Shown piece after piece: positions 49,104 to 61,162 of a stretch of DNA of 64,000 nt. Each line of letters begins with the position of its first letter. The first letter of the stretch is position 1. The translations under genes were made by a program, and so were the position numbers. This DNA is from Octopus bimaculoides (lineage: Eukaryota): NCBI RefSeq assembly GCF_001194135.2, contig NC_068988.1:84071360-84135359 (forward strand), read 5' to 3'. The notes under the pieces were generated by a model that did no database searches, had not been told where the DNA came from, and saw only the letters and a program-made list of their open reading frames with translations.

Positions 49104-50338
49104 TGCATGTATGTCAGTCATGGAATGAATGTGTCGCTTAGGTCCTTGAGTGATGTCCTTTGTTTGGACATTTATATAAGTGACAATGGAAATGGGTAAA
49201 TCTAGATTAATAAATATAGTGAAGCCTTAGATTTATATAGATGAATGAGCTTTGCTACATGTTCAGAGTTCTTTTTTACTTGTTTCTAAATGCACACACA
49301 CACACATTTCAAATACTATAATGGAGAAAGCTGCTTATTAATTAGTTGAAATTATGTAACTTATACTAAAAGAAAGCAATTGTAAATGGCTTGACTGTCT
49401 GGAAAATTTTTATAAATTCCAGTTTTAATATAAAACTTTGAAATATTGCATTTCTAAATCCCTCAGAGAGATTTATACAGTAGCAGCATGATAAAGTGAT
49501 GGTTTGTTGCCAACTTAATGTGGCAGTCCCAGGAAAGGGAAGTATGTTACTGCTATTTAGCCCCAAGAAACACTGTTTCTAGTTGGCTACATGACACAAG
49601 CGTTCTGTGTCCTTAAGTTTTCCAACAGGGGAGACAAGCACCTCCACCCAACAAAGCCAGCATCAAGAGGCTAGTTTCAGGGTAGTTGCCCTTCATCGGT
49701 CTGGAGTAGTTTGGCTTTGCTAGCTGTCGGTGTTAAATCGCTGTTGAAAACTTATAGAATTTCAGGTGAAATAAATTTACCGATCTACAAAATTAGAAAT
49801 ATTGAATTTCTAAATCTCTCAGAGAGAGTTATGCAGTGGTGTTTCTTGGGGCTAAATCTCAGTAGCATTCTTCCCTTTCCTGGAACTGCCACATTAAGTT
49901 GGCAAAACCATCAGTTTCAATATATCTTTTATTAAAATGCAACTTTGAAGTTTCTTTTATTAATGAATATTTCTAGTAGACTGTCAAATACAAATTTTAT
50001 CAATGTGACATTTCAGTTTACTGTGGGGTTATTAAAAATTTGTTGCTACTTCTGGAAATATAAAGGTTGCTCAAATGTTTGCAATACTACTTTCTACAAA
50101 TTCCAAGTGTGTGTGGGTGGGTGGGGTTTGCATGTGCATGTGCATTTTTAGAAACAAGTAATAAAGAACTCAGTACATGTAGCAAAGCTTACTCGTCTAT
50201 CTAAAATTAAGACTTCGCCATGTTTGCTAGTCTGGATTTACTCATTTCCATTGTCACTTATATAAATGACAATCTTCAACAAAGGACATCACCTGAAGAC
50301 TGACGTGACTCTTTCATTTCATGACATACATACATGCA
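49104..50338. repeat. ~1.2-kb imperfect palindrome (fold-back element)
   Basis: Nested arm pairs 49104-49295/50135-50338, 49497-49576/49836-49913 and 49614-49630/49740-49758. Confidence 0.85.
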
Positions 50339-50395
50339 ATGGAATGGCATCCCAGAGAAACTGAGAAACCAGCCCTATGTTTCTTATAGAGACAT

Positions 50396-50426
<31 letters not shown>

Positions 50427-50719
50427 AACTGAGCCAATTTCTTCCTCAAGTCTTCACCTAAACTCGTTATCTCTATCAAAATTCCTTCTATTACCTTCTT
50501 AACTGCAGTATTCTGCAGCTGTAATTAAATGATAGCAGACCTGCATATTTCATCATCTTGTTCTGTGATACCTGATGTTTCTCAGTTCTTGAAACCACTT
50601 CATTCATCAACCATACCTTATTCTCAATATTATCTTTCTCCACTCACATTTTACACAGATCACCCTTTTGTGTAACCAAATTATCTTTTTCACAATTACC
50701 ATATAGCTCTCACTCTCTC

Positions 50720-51340
50720 CACTCTCCATGTATGTCTTTTCCCTCACTCTTATGCAACCTACTCATCTGCATATCATCTCCATCTCTCAGTCTTCTCTTG
50801 GCTACTATATTATTATTACTACTCTACTACTCTTTACCTTCTTCTGTACTATCAGTCATCACCTAATCTTCCTTGCTTTCCCTCAACTCATGTATACTAT
50901 CAATCGACCCTTCACTCTAATCCACCATTCACTACTTCCACATCTCAACTCAATCGCAACAATTATCATGTATGCTTCCCTACCTTATCTTCATGTATTT
51001 ATCATCAACCATTCTACCCTTGTTCTTCCTTATATTTTCCCCTTCTTTCATACTTTAATCTCTCATGTACTAGCATAGACCACTTCTTTTACTGTAATAG
51101 TCAGAGGAGATCTTAGTCTTGTGACCTTTATGGTGACCGCAAAAGTGTTGGTGCCACAAAAAAGCAGTACATTTGGTAAAGTGGTTGGCAGTGGAAAGGG
51201 TGTTCAGCTCTAGAATCCATGTCAAAGCATACACTAGAGCATGATGCAGTCCCTGAGCCCATCTGATCCTGTCATACCTCAACAGCTCATTCCAGCATGG
51301 AAGATGGACTGCAAACAATGCTGATTAGGCTGACGATGTT
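50720..51340 (+). mobile_element. CT-rich element with RTE-like tail
   Basis: Pyrimidine-rich body plus decayed tail. Confidence 0.5.
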
Positions 51341-51368
51341 GATAATGATCATGAATACATATACTCAC

Positions 51369-51407
<39 letters not shown>

Positions 51408-51424
51408 TACATGTGTGTGTGTGT

Positions 51425-51690
51425 GTGTGTGTGTGTGAAGGTGTGTGGCATAGTGGTTAGGCTGTTGCACTCACAATCACTAGATCATGGGTTCAATTCT
51501 TTGACTGGGTGGCATGTTGAGTTCTTGAGTAAAACAGTTCATTTAATGTTGCTCCAGTGCCCCTTTCGATCAGTGGGGAATGTTGGTCTGTTCACCTAGC
51601 CAGCAGGGTGACATCATATGAAGGCTAGAACAATACAAAAGCACATTGTGACCAGCGATGTGTAACAACACATGATCACGTGTGATCATG
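51425..51690 (+). mobile_element. SINE family D
   Basis: GTGGTTAGGCTGTTGCACTCAC..GGGTTCAATTC head and TTCTTGAGTAAAACA body. Confidence 0.7.
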
Positions 51691-52429
51691 TTTGCACTAG
51701 GGATTCAACAGAGTGTTAAGTAACGGTCTGATTATGTGACCCTGTGCTATTCAGAGGTAGCTGTTATAGAATGAAATATGGATACACACACACACACACA
51801 CATGTACACATACACATATAGTTGTGAAGCCAATATGTGTGTGTGTATACATTGCATATGCACACATGCACGTAACCTCAGTTTCTATTACAGCACCTTC
51901 TGTTTGCTCCCTGAAACCTATCAGCTGGATAAAGTTTTCCTTGGAACTACCCCACCCCCACCCTAGTGCATATCTCTCTACATGTGACTGATAAAGATAT
52001 ATGAATTAATGAGTTTTATGTTGAACAGTGATTGGTGGTTGATAGTTTTAGACAGTTGGAGTGGAGGTTGGGTTCATAAAGTAGGTATTATTAAAGTTAT
52101 AATGTAGGTATTATTTCACAGTGGAATGGCAAGTATTAATAAACTCACTGCAGAATTTCTGTAAATTGGAATTTATCCAAATGCTCAATTTATGTTTTTA
52201 TGTTTAAAAAACAATAATGAAATAATTTCAAAAACCACAAAAGCTTAAAGTGTATGCATGTATATAGGAATGTGTGTGTGTGTGCATGTGTGTGTGCATG
52301 TGTGTGTGTGTGTGTGTCTATAAGTGTGTGCATATGTATATGTAGGTGTGTATGTTTATACAAATATTTTGTATATATTTTCGTTATATACATATTTACA
52401 TTATAACAACAACGATAATAATAATCTTT

Positions 52430-52550
52430 TCTACTATAGGCACAAAACCTGAAATTTCATGGGTGAGGCTAAGTCAATTACATCGACCCCACTTCTCAAC
52501 CGGTTCTTATTTTATCATCCCCTAAAGGATGAAAAGTAAAGTCGACCTTA
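52430..52550 (-). mobile_element. SINE family C, 3' part
   Basis: Reverse-complement body with (AAT)-type tail at ~52400-52425. Confidence 0.65.
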
Positions 52551-54780
52551 GTGACCAACTAATACTATCCCTATCTAAAGACCTGCAAAATGCTCTATCT
52601 AGATACGATCTGGATGTTCCGGTGCAGTCTGCCCATGTACACACTGGCACATTTGGGAAATTCAGTCGGTACCTGCCAGACAGTTGAAAGTGTCTGAGCA
52701 GCTGTGTGAGGCTTTTGCAACCCCCTTTCCTATCAGCTAGCCCCACACAATCCAGTTGTGCATCTAAGATGGTGTTGAAATCACCGACTAACACTAAAGA
52801 TAGGGACATACCGAGGAAGACCTCCAGATACCTGAAGTATTCTGGCTGTCCTGTACCTGTCAGTGCATAAACAGCCACTGGTCTGAAGGCCCCCACCATT
52901 ACTAACATTCATGTCCAGGACCATCAGCTTACCTTCTGGGTCCAAGAAGACTGACTTTATTTTGAGATCCAGCCCTTTTCGAAACAATACTGCAGTACCC
53001 CCATCACCCATTCCCTGCTGACATGGAGGTGCATAGATTTTGTAGTCATCAAAAATGGGCATGAATGCTCACGGTTTGATTAGTCTGGATTCAGTAATGA
53101 CTATTACATCTATTCCTCATGACCTGAGGTCGTTAAGTAGGTGACCTTGTTTCCAAGGGGATCTGGGCCACGTACATTTATTGGATATGACCATTTGAGT
53201 GGCTGGTAAGGAGAAAAAGGAGAGGACTACTTACCATTAACACTCTGGGGGTGGGAGTTGGGCAGGTGTATCGCTCCTGAAGTGGGTGTGGTGGTCTCCA
53301 TGACCAAAGATTTATAGAGGCTTCAAGACATTTTCTTGTTGAAACCTCCAATCGCCTGTGGATATTTGGATTTTATGTTGTATGTATGTTGCAATTTTCG
53401 AAGTATCTGTATGTGTGGTGGTAGTATATTATCCATGGGGGAAACAAAGTCATTTTGATGTCTGTATTTTTCTTTATGTAGAATAGTAAGTTTGTGTTGT
53501 CTGTGTTTATGGCGGTGAGTTTTGTGGTGTTTTTGTTATTTTTGATTACTTTTTGTGTTGACCCTGTTGTGCCTTGTACTGTTGGTTGTGTCTGTGGTGT
53601 TGGTGAAGGTGTTGGAAGCGTGGGTGTTGGTATGTTGTTGTTTTTGGGTGATTTTGAATGCTTTTTGGTGGGTACAGCTTGTTTATTTGTTGGTGTACTG
53701 TTGTGCCTCTTTCTTAGTCTTTTATGTGTGACTTCTGTCCACTCAATTCTGCTGGCCTCTCTGCATGACATGTCTGAGTGGTCAGAGTTGGGAAGGGGTA
53801 GTTCCAATGGGTTGAAATTTGCTGATGTTTTTTGTTCCTCTGAGAAGAGCTGCATTGATGGTATTTTTGTAGGCACTGTGGTGGTGGTTGTGGTCAGTGC
53901 CTCTGTTGTTGTTGGCGTTGTTGTCTCTCATGAAGTTGTTGTTGGTGGTGGTGGTGTGTTTGCTGGAGCCCTCTCTGCTTTCTTTTCGAAGGGTTTCTTC
54001 TCTTGTTGGGGTTGCTTCTGTAGTTGGGATTGCTTCTGTTGTGGTGTGGATTGTGTTTGTATCAAGGGAGTAGTGCCCTCCTCTGTTTTAGTTGTGGGCA
54101 GAAGGCTTTCAGGTGGTTATTCTGTCCGCATAGATAACAATTTGGCCTTCTGCCCTCAACGTTCAGCATAGTGCCATCTGGAAGGCTGAGTTGGTCAGGA
54201 ATATGTTCCAAAATGTCTTGGTTTATTTGGATCATTATTTGCAATTCCTGACCAGTCCAGTTGATTTTTCCTTGTTTCTCAACTTAGATGATTCTGATTT
54301 TATCTTCCAAGTTGAGGAGGACGGTTGTAACAATCCAGCAAGCATTCATTTCTGGTGGTATCTCCAGTATTCTTATCTTGCCAATGCACTGTCCCAAGTA
54401 TGTTGGAACTAGGACAAGTTCACTGTTCCTCATCTGGGCTGTTGAGTACTAAATCTAACTTCAGTTGTGCCATATTTCTTACCCCTCAACAGATATGTTA
54501 TGCCTTTCCAAATGGGTTGCAAGTATTTTTCAACTGCTTTCTTTGTGGCAGTTTTTAAATGTCTATTTTTAAAGATATGGTTTTGTACACTATGATACAT
54601 TTGTTTGTATTGTCTATAATATCTGGTAGTATGTTTATCGAAACACATCTTTCGCTTTTTCTTTTTAACATGTTTCTGTAGTCTGAGTGATTCTACAGAA
54701 ACTTTAATGAATTCAGTTCTAGGCTTTGTCACTGAAGTTAAACGTTGGCTGTTTAATGCATTGGGTTGCTGTTGTTGAGT
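52545..54780 (-). mobile_element. L1/Tx1-like LINE, 5' half (ORF1 plus APE endonuclease), degenerate
   Basis: ORF1 PTYLGQCIGKIRILEIPPEM and CCHC knuckle CYLCGQNNHLKAFC; endonuclease DLRS*GIDVIVITESRL, GGTAVLFRK, LVLVGDFNTILD, SYLDRAF; no RT. Confidence 0.85.
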
Positions 54781-54900
54781 ATTCAATGTGTTAGTGTGGT
54801 NNNNNNNNNNNNNNNNNNNNNNNNNNNNNNNNNNNNNNNNNNNNNNNNNNNNNNNNNNNNNNNNNNNNNNNNNNNNNNNNNNNNNNNNNNNNNNNNNNNN

Positions 54901-55150
54901 ACGAAATACTGCTAAGCATTTCATCCAGCATGCTAACAATTTTGCCAGCTCATCGCCTTCATATTAATGGTTTCAAATTTTTCCACAAGGAGAGCAATTT
55001 GGTGGGAGGGAATGATTCGATTACATCAACCCCAGTGTTCAACTGGTACTTATTTTATTGACCTCAAAAGGATGAAAGGCAAAGACGACCTCAGCAGAAT
55101 TTGAACTCAGAACTTGCAGACAGGTGAAGCACTGCAAAGCATTCTGCCCA
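54901..55150 (-). mobile_element. SINE family C copies
   Basis: Reverse-complement heads and bodies in tandem. Confidence 0.7.
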
Positions 55151-55245
55151 GCATGCAGTGGCCCGGGAACAAAATTTGAACAAGAAATGTATTGATACAG
55201 AAGGATTCAGCCAAGTAACTGTCATCCAATTGCTTGTTTACTTGA

Positions 55246-55380
55246 GGCTCTGATGAAGCTGTAAGGTGTTAGTCAGGCACTCAGCTGTAAGTCCACTGAA
55301 TCTTATGGCAGAAACAGCAGTGGGCTAATGAAGTTTGGAAAATAATGATTTATTCCTTTGTCATCTCTCTTTCTTATTAC
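55246..55380 (+). ncRNA. hammerhead-like motif, repeat family F
   Basis: GGCT-CTGATGA(55250-55256)-A-GCTGTAAGG..TCTTATGGC-A-GAAA(55311-55314)-CAGCAGTG-GGCT; cleavage triplet decayed to GTG. Confidence 0.5.
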
Positions 55381-55394
55381 CAATCTATACTCAG

Positions 55395-55910
55395 CTAACA
55401 TTTCTTCTGCGGGTTCCTCAAGTCATCCATACAACCCTGAGGCCAGATGTGGTTCTGTGGTCTGAAAAAAAACCCCAAGAAAATGATCTTGATTGAGTTG
55501 ACAGTACCATGGGGAAAAGGGTGTGATCAGGCTCATGAATTGAAGTGTGCTGAGTATGAGAGCTTTCTGCAGGATTGCAGGGAGAAGGGATGGCAGTTAT
55601 TGCTTTTCCCAGTCAAGATTGGCTGTGGGGGGGTTGTCTACCCAGTTAGCATGGAGGATGCTTATAGCTATAGGAATGAGAGAAAAAGAGTGAAGGATGG
55701 CTGTGTACAGGATGGGAGAAGCAACTAAAAGAGCCTCTTGTTGATTATAGAGCAGGAAAGAAGAGTTAATCTGGAGGCCAGGAGGAGATGAAGAGCAGTG
55801 ATTTGGCTGCCTCTGCTAACCCACTCACGAGAAAATGTTACAGTTCAAGGCCAAAACAGCTGATGAACATTGGGTACCATCTAAAGATATCAGTTCATCC
55901 TGGTGGCCAA
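55395..55910 (+). mobile_element. HERO-like RLE LINE 3' fragment
   Basis: TLRPDVVLWSEKK(fs)PKKMILIELTVPWGKGCDQAHELKCAEY is a PD..(D/E) restriction-like endonuclease C-terminus. Confidence 0.75.
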
Positions 55911-56140
55911 AGCTTCATTTACTTTTGTGAGTAGAAAAAGCACCTCCTTCTAGGTGTTATTAACATGTGTGTGTGTGTGTGTGTATGTGTGTGTGTGTGT
56001 GTGTGTTTGCTTGTGTGTGTGTGCGTGCGTGCGTGCGATGACTATTATGATATATAAATGACTATGTAAACCTACATGGTAGACATACAGGGAAGTCAAA
56101 TTTACATATTTCTCCAAAGACTGATAAAAATGATGAATGG

Positions 56141-56181
56141 CTTTAATCAATTTTCAACCTTTATTGAGGTCTCATCAGAAG
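56141..56181 (-). ncRNA. minimal type I hammerhead ribozyme motif
   Basis: Reverse complement CTT-CTGATGA-GACCT caataa AGGTT-GAAA-A ttga T-TA-AAG: complete core, 5-bp stem II, minimal stem III, UUA triplet, 3-bp stem I. Confidence 0.6.
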
Positions 56182-56234
56182 TGTCTACATCATTTGATCA
56201 ATCCCAGTGAAACAAGCAGTTAATCCACATATAC

Positions 56235-56430
56235 GTGGAGATGTGTGGCTTGGTGGTTAAGGTGTTGCACTCATGATAATATGATTGTAGTTTTCAATTC
56301 TTGGACCAGGCAATGTATTGTGTTCTTGAGCAAAACACTTCATTTCATGTTACTCCAGTCCACTCAGCTGGTAAAAATGAGTAATCTTGCAATGAACTAG
56401 CATCCCATCCAGAGAAGAATATTTATGCTA
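56235..56430 (+). mobile_element. SINE family D
   Basis: GGAGATGTGTGGCTTGGTGGTTAAGG head and GTGTTCTTGAGCAAAACACTT body. Confidence 0.7.
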
Positions 56431-56459
56431 AGAATCCAGGAAGGACCTTTGGTCTTTTA

Positions 56460-57260
56460 TCATCATCATCGTTTAACGTCCGCTTTCCATGCTAGCATGG
56501 GTTGGACGATTTGACTAAGGACTGGTGAAACCAGATGGCTACACCAGGCTCCAATCTGATTTGGCAGAGTTTCTATAGCTGGATGCCCTTCCTAACGCCA
56601 ACCACTCAGAGAGTGTAGTGGGTGCTTTTACGTGTCACCCGCACGAAGGCCAGTCAGGCGGTACTGGCAACGGCCACGCTCAAAATGGTNNNNNNNNNNN
56701 NNNNNNNNNNNNNNNNNNNNNNNNNNNNNNNNNNNNNNNNNNNNNNNNNNNNNNNNNNNNNNNNNNNNNNNNNNNNNNNNNNNNNNNNNNNNNNNNNNNN
56801 NNNNNNNNNNNNNNNNNNNNNNNNNNNNNNNNNNNNNNNNNNNNNNNNNNNNNNNNNNNNNNNNNNNNNNNNNNNNNNNNNNNNNNNNNNNNNNNNNNNN
56901 NNNNNNNNNNNNNNNNNNNNNNNNNNNNNNNNNNNNNNNNNNNNNNNNNNNNNNNNNNNNNNNNNNNNNNNNNNNNNNNNNNNNNNNNNNNNNNNNNNNN
57001 NNNNNNNNNNNNNNNNNNNNNNNNNNNNNNNNNNNNNNNNNNNNNNNNNNNNNNNNNNNNNNNNNNNNNNNNNNNNNNNNNNNNNNNNNNNNNNNNNNNN
57101 NNNNNNNNNNNNNNNNNNNNNNNNNNNNNNNNNNNNACGGCCACGCTCAAAATGGTATATTTTATGTGCCACCCGCACAGGCAACGATCTCACTCGAAGG
57201 TCCTTACACATGCTGCGGGCACAAGTGCCAGAAAAGCGATTGCTGGGCATAGGTGCCATA
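56460..57260 (-). mobile_element. RTE LINE 3' end with gap inside the UTR array
   Basis: Tail plus array units on both sides of the N run. Confidence 0.8.
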
Positions 57261-57262
57261 TA

Positions 57263-57298
<36 letters not shown>

Positions 57299-58399
57299 TG
57301 TATGTATGTATGTATGTATGTATATGTATACACACACACACACACACACACACATATATCATTGTCAATTGGTTGAGCTTGCTCGAGTTTACCTGATTCA
57401 ATTTTTACATCCATTACAATACTACATGACATTCAGGCAGTCAGCAGGGAGACATGCTATCTCTATACCGAATTGTTTGATGAAAGTTTTTGCAGGACAG
57501 CTGACCAGTGTCTATACAAGTATACCATTTTGATGATATACTTGCTTAGCTCTGAAGTAATGTCCAGTAAAATGCATATTTATCTCCCTAAATAATGTAC
57601 TAATTGCATGAAACCTGCCTAGTTAAATGCTTTATCCATGTGACTGAGCTTTTCACAGTAAATCTTGCCCTACAATAATTAGGTAAAAGTGAATAAGAAC
57701 AAATTGACAAGACCAGCTCCTTAAGGGACAAGCATTACTGTTCATTCAAAGTTATTTATCCTCTTTTTGTTTGCAACATGAAGGGACCGTGTTTAAATAA
57801 TATGAGTAGCAGCACTCAAACATGACTACAGCTCCATTGCTGGAACAAGTAATATAAAGAATAAAACTGTATGTGGGTGGTTTCAAGCATGTAGGCACTG
57901 AAAGCTATCCAAATGGTTAATCTTATTCTGACAGCCTGCTTTCATATTTTCTCAGTTGTAGAAGGTAGTTCTGGATATTATTATGGAAACAAAATTTATT
58001 TAACACCCCTACCACAACCACTTCAATTCCCAACACCATGACACACACACACACACAAAATTTAATCCCCTCACCCCTCCATCTCCACTTTCAAAAGCAT
58101 CGTCTAATATATGTAAGTATAGACATGATTAATGCTACAAGAATTTGCCTCTGTACAATCTGTGCTAAATAGTTAAGTAAACATATGAAGAACCTTCTGC
58201 AGTGTCTAAGACATGAGTTTTTATTAAATTTAACCATTTCAATTACATAACTTAAATTATATTACAAGTTTAATTACAGCGCAAGATTAATAATATATAA
58301 TAAAATATATATTAATTTTAATTGTATGACAATTTTAATAATATAAGCCTTTTTAACAAAACAAATTTCCTATAGTATTATATGCAGAAAGGGACTGTG

Positions 58400-58760
58400 C
58401 CCATCACCTTTGAAGGCCCTCCAAAAATGCTTGTGTAATACTGCTGAATCTTGGTCTGAGCATGAACAGCATACAAGTAAGTATCTAAATGTAAGAGGGA
58501 AGAGGTGTTGCAGGGAGTGGTGATGTTTTAAAGAGGGGCAAGTAAGTGATATACAGCATAGGTAATGAAGGAAATAGAAGTATTTCAAATGGGTCTGGGC
58601 AGTGGGTGGAGATGGAAAGCCATGAACTAGTTTGAAGGTGCAGCAAATGTCATAGTGGGAAAGATGCATGGGTACTCATTACGATTAATGAACCTGTTAA
58701 ATGAAGATGAATTCCTTGAGAGCCACCCATTTCCTGGGGAGCAGATGAACATCACCAGGA
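58400..58760 (-). mobile_element. ancient CR1-like ORF2 C-terminal remnant
   Basis: SLTCPSLKHHHSLQHLFPLT resembles the CR1 V.LP..RT.H...SFFPRT end motif. Confidence 0.4.
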
Positions 58761-58859
58761 TTATCAAGCTCAGTGAAACATGTGAATGGTAGTTAACAAC
58801 AGTATTTAATTCTATATTGAACCAGTCATAGCCTGAAAACTCAAGACTGTTAGGATAAG

Positions 58860-59190
58860 GATAAAGGGTATAGGCCCCCGTTGGTATTGAATGACCATGG
58901 GATTGCTCCTAGAAAGTTACCTTCCAAGGCACAAGTCCAGGCTAGGTTGTTTATGGAAGACTAGTAGTCACCCATGCATACTAGCCTTCCCTCTCCATGC
59001 CACTGATGTTATCCAAGGGAAAGGCAAAGACACAGCTTGACACCAGTGATGTCACTCATTTCACTTATGAGTGAACTGGAACAACATGAAATAAAATGTC
59101 TTGCTCAAGAACACAACACATAGCCTAGTCTGGGAATCAAACTCTCTACATCATGATTGTGAGTCTGACGCTCTAACTACTGAATCATGA
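58860..59190 (-). mobile_element. SINE family D, near full length
   Basis: Reverse-complement head TAGTTAGAGCGTCAGACTCAC..GTTTGATTCCC, body TGTGTTCTTGAGCAAGACA. Confidence 0.7.
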
Positions 59191-60132
59191 CTGTTAGGAA
59201 GGTGTGTGGCAAAGATTGGTGAAAACAATTCAGGTGTTCCAATGGTAGAAATGCAATGGAAATGACTTTGACTTGAGAGAGTCAGTAACAGATCAGAGCT
59301 GAAATATTTACTAGCCTTAAAGAGAAAGTCTATTGATTTTGATATTACATATGGGAAATTGCCAAGCCAGGATGAACATCAGATAGTAATTTTAATTATT
59401 TAACAATTATGTTACTGAAAAGTGAAGGTGTATGGCCTTGTGGTCAAGGTGTTTAGTGCATGATCATAAGGTTACAGGCTTAATTCCTGCATGAGGCAGT
59501 ATGTTATGTCTGTAGCAAAGCATGCTGTTTTCACTTGCTCCAATCTATATGGCTTTAATGTCAGTCAGGTGTTGGTGCAGCACACTCCTCCTCCAGCTAT
59601 CACATCTTGGATGCTTTTCTGGGTCAAGGATGAGGATACTGTGAGGATGACTATGTCTGCTCATGTCTATATAGGCACCTAAAATAATAAGCAAAAGCAT
59701 GGTACATGCTACAAAACCATACTCACTCACATGTAACGGTTGACTTTTTGTACTGAAGAAGTCAATAACTTTCCAGACTGTGAGAGTTGTCTTCTCATAT
59801 TTTGTTAAATGATGTCTTAAAAAATACTCTTCATCTCTATTTATTGTCTGTCAACTGATATTTGATATGTTCAACTGTGTGTGTTCTGGCTGCAACTGGT
59901 CTTTAGATCATAGCTTTCATGAAGATCTGTGGTTTAGTAGATAACTAATGTTTGAACCCAACAAATCAATGCTTGTGAATTCAATTATAGCTTGACCATG
60001 AATACAAATATACATGTTAAATACATTACTTAGCAATGGATGGAAATCAAACAAAACAAAACAAAACAATTATTTTTCGTTTTGGGATTTGGTTTGCAAG
60101 ATTTTTTATGTGATTTCGTGTGTTGAAGCATA

Positions 60133-60295
60133 TTCTGTTGTGTCTGGGGAGAGTCATTTTCTTATTGTGCCTTAAAATTTAACAAACTCGAAAATTTTAG
60201 GAAAATAAAAATAAGAAATAAGTGGAAATTTTAACGGTGAGTGTGTTAAATTTTAAGGCACAATAAGAAAATGAATCTCCCCAGACACAATAGAA
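60133..60295. repeat. 57-bp inverted repeat with ~49-nt spacer
   Basis: 60133-60189 versus 60239-60295, three mismatches. Confidence 0.92.
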
Positions 60296-60559
60296 AACAA
60301 TTATTGTTGTTGTTTAACCTAAGGACCACCATTTACTTTTACAAGACATTAATTGGCCCAAAGTTACCATTGAAGACAATTGGCCAAAGTACCACACTGT
60401 GATATAGAATGCAGGACCAAGTAGTTACAAAATGAATTCAGCCATCAGAAGGATGAAAGGGAAATTTGATCTTGATGAGATTTGAACTGAAAATAATGAT
60501 TTCTAACAGAAGTGCAGACTGCCACATATCAACTCAGTCTGACTTCATGGCAATATGGA

Positions 60560-61131
60560 CAACTGTCTTCTACTACAGCATTGGGCCAACTAATGCCTTG
60601 TAAGTGAATTTGGTTGATGGAAACTGTGTGGAAGCTGCTCACATATATATGTGTGTGTGCATATACATATACACATACATATCATCATCAACATAAATAT
60701 ATATGTGTGTGTGTATGTGTGAGTGTGTATGTATGTGCGTGTGTATACATCATATACATATATAATATATATATATGATATATATAATATATATAATATA
60801 CATATATATATATATATGGTGTGTGTCTGTGTCTGTGTGCATGTTTGTGTTTAATTCTCACTGCTTGACAATCAACATTAGTTTATTTATATCCATATAA
60901 CATAGAGGTTTGGTAAAAAGAGACCAATAGAATGAGTACCAGACTTAAATAAGGACTGAAGTTAATTCAATCGACTTTTCAAAGCAGTGCTTTCACATGG
61001 CCACACTCCAATGACTGAAACGNNNNNNNNNNNNNNNNNNNNNNNNNNNNNNNNNNNNNNNNNNNNNNNNNNNNNNNNNNNNNNNNNNNNNNNNNNNNNN
61101 NNNNNNNNNNNNNNNNNNNNNNNNNNNNNNN

Positions 61132-61162
<31 letters not shown>

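Noticed and set aside
53494-54171. 225-aa Val/Gly/Cys-rich plus-strand ORF
   Set aside because: Antisense shadow of the Thr/Pro/Lys-rich LINE ORF1.
55246-56181. Retrozyme (two hammerheads releasing a circular RNA)
   Set aside because: The motifs are on opposite strands, belong to different families and are separated by unrelated elements; the 7.7-8.0 kb pair is also inverted rather than direct.
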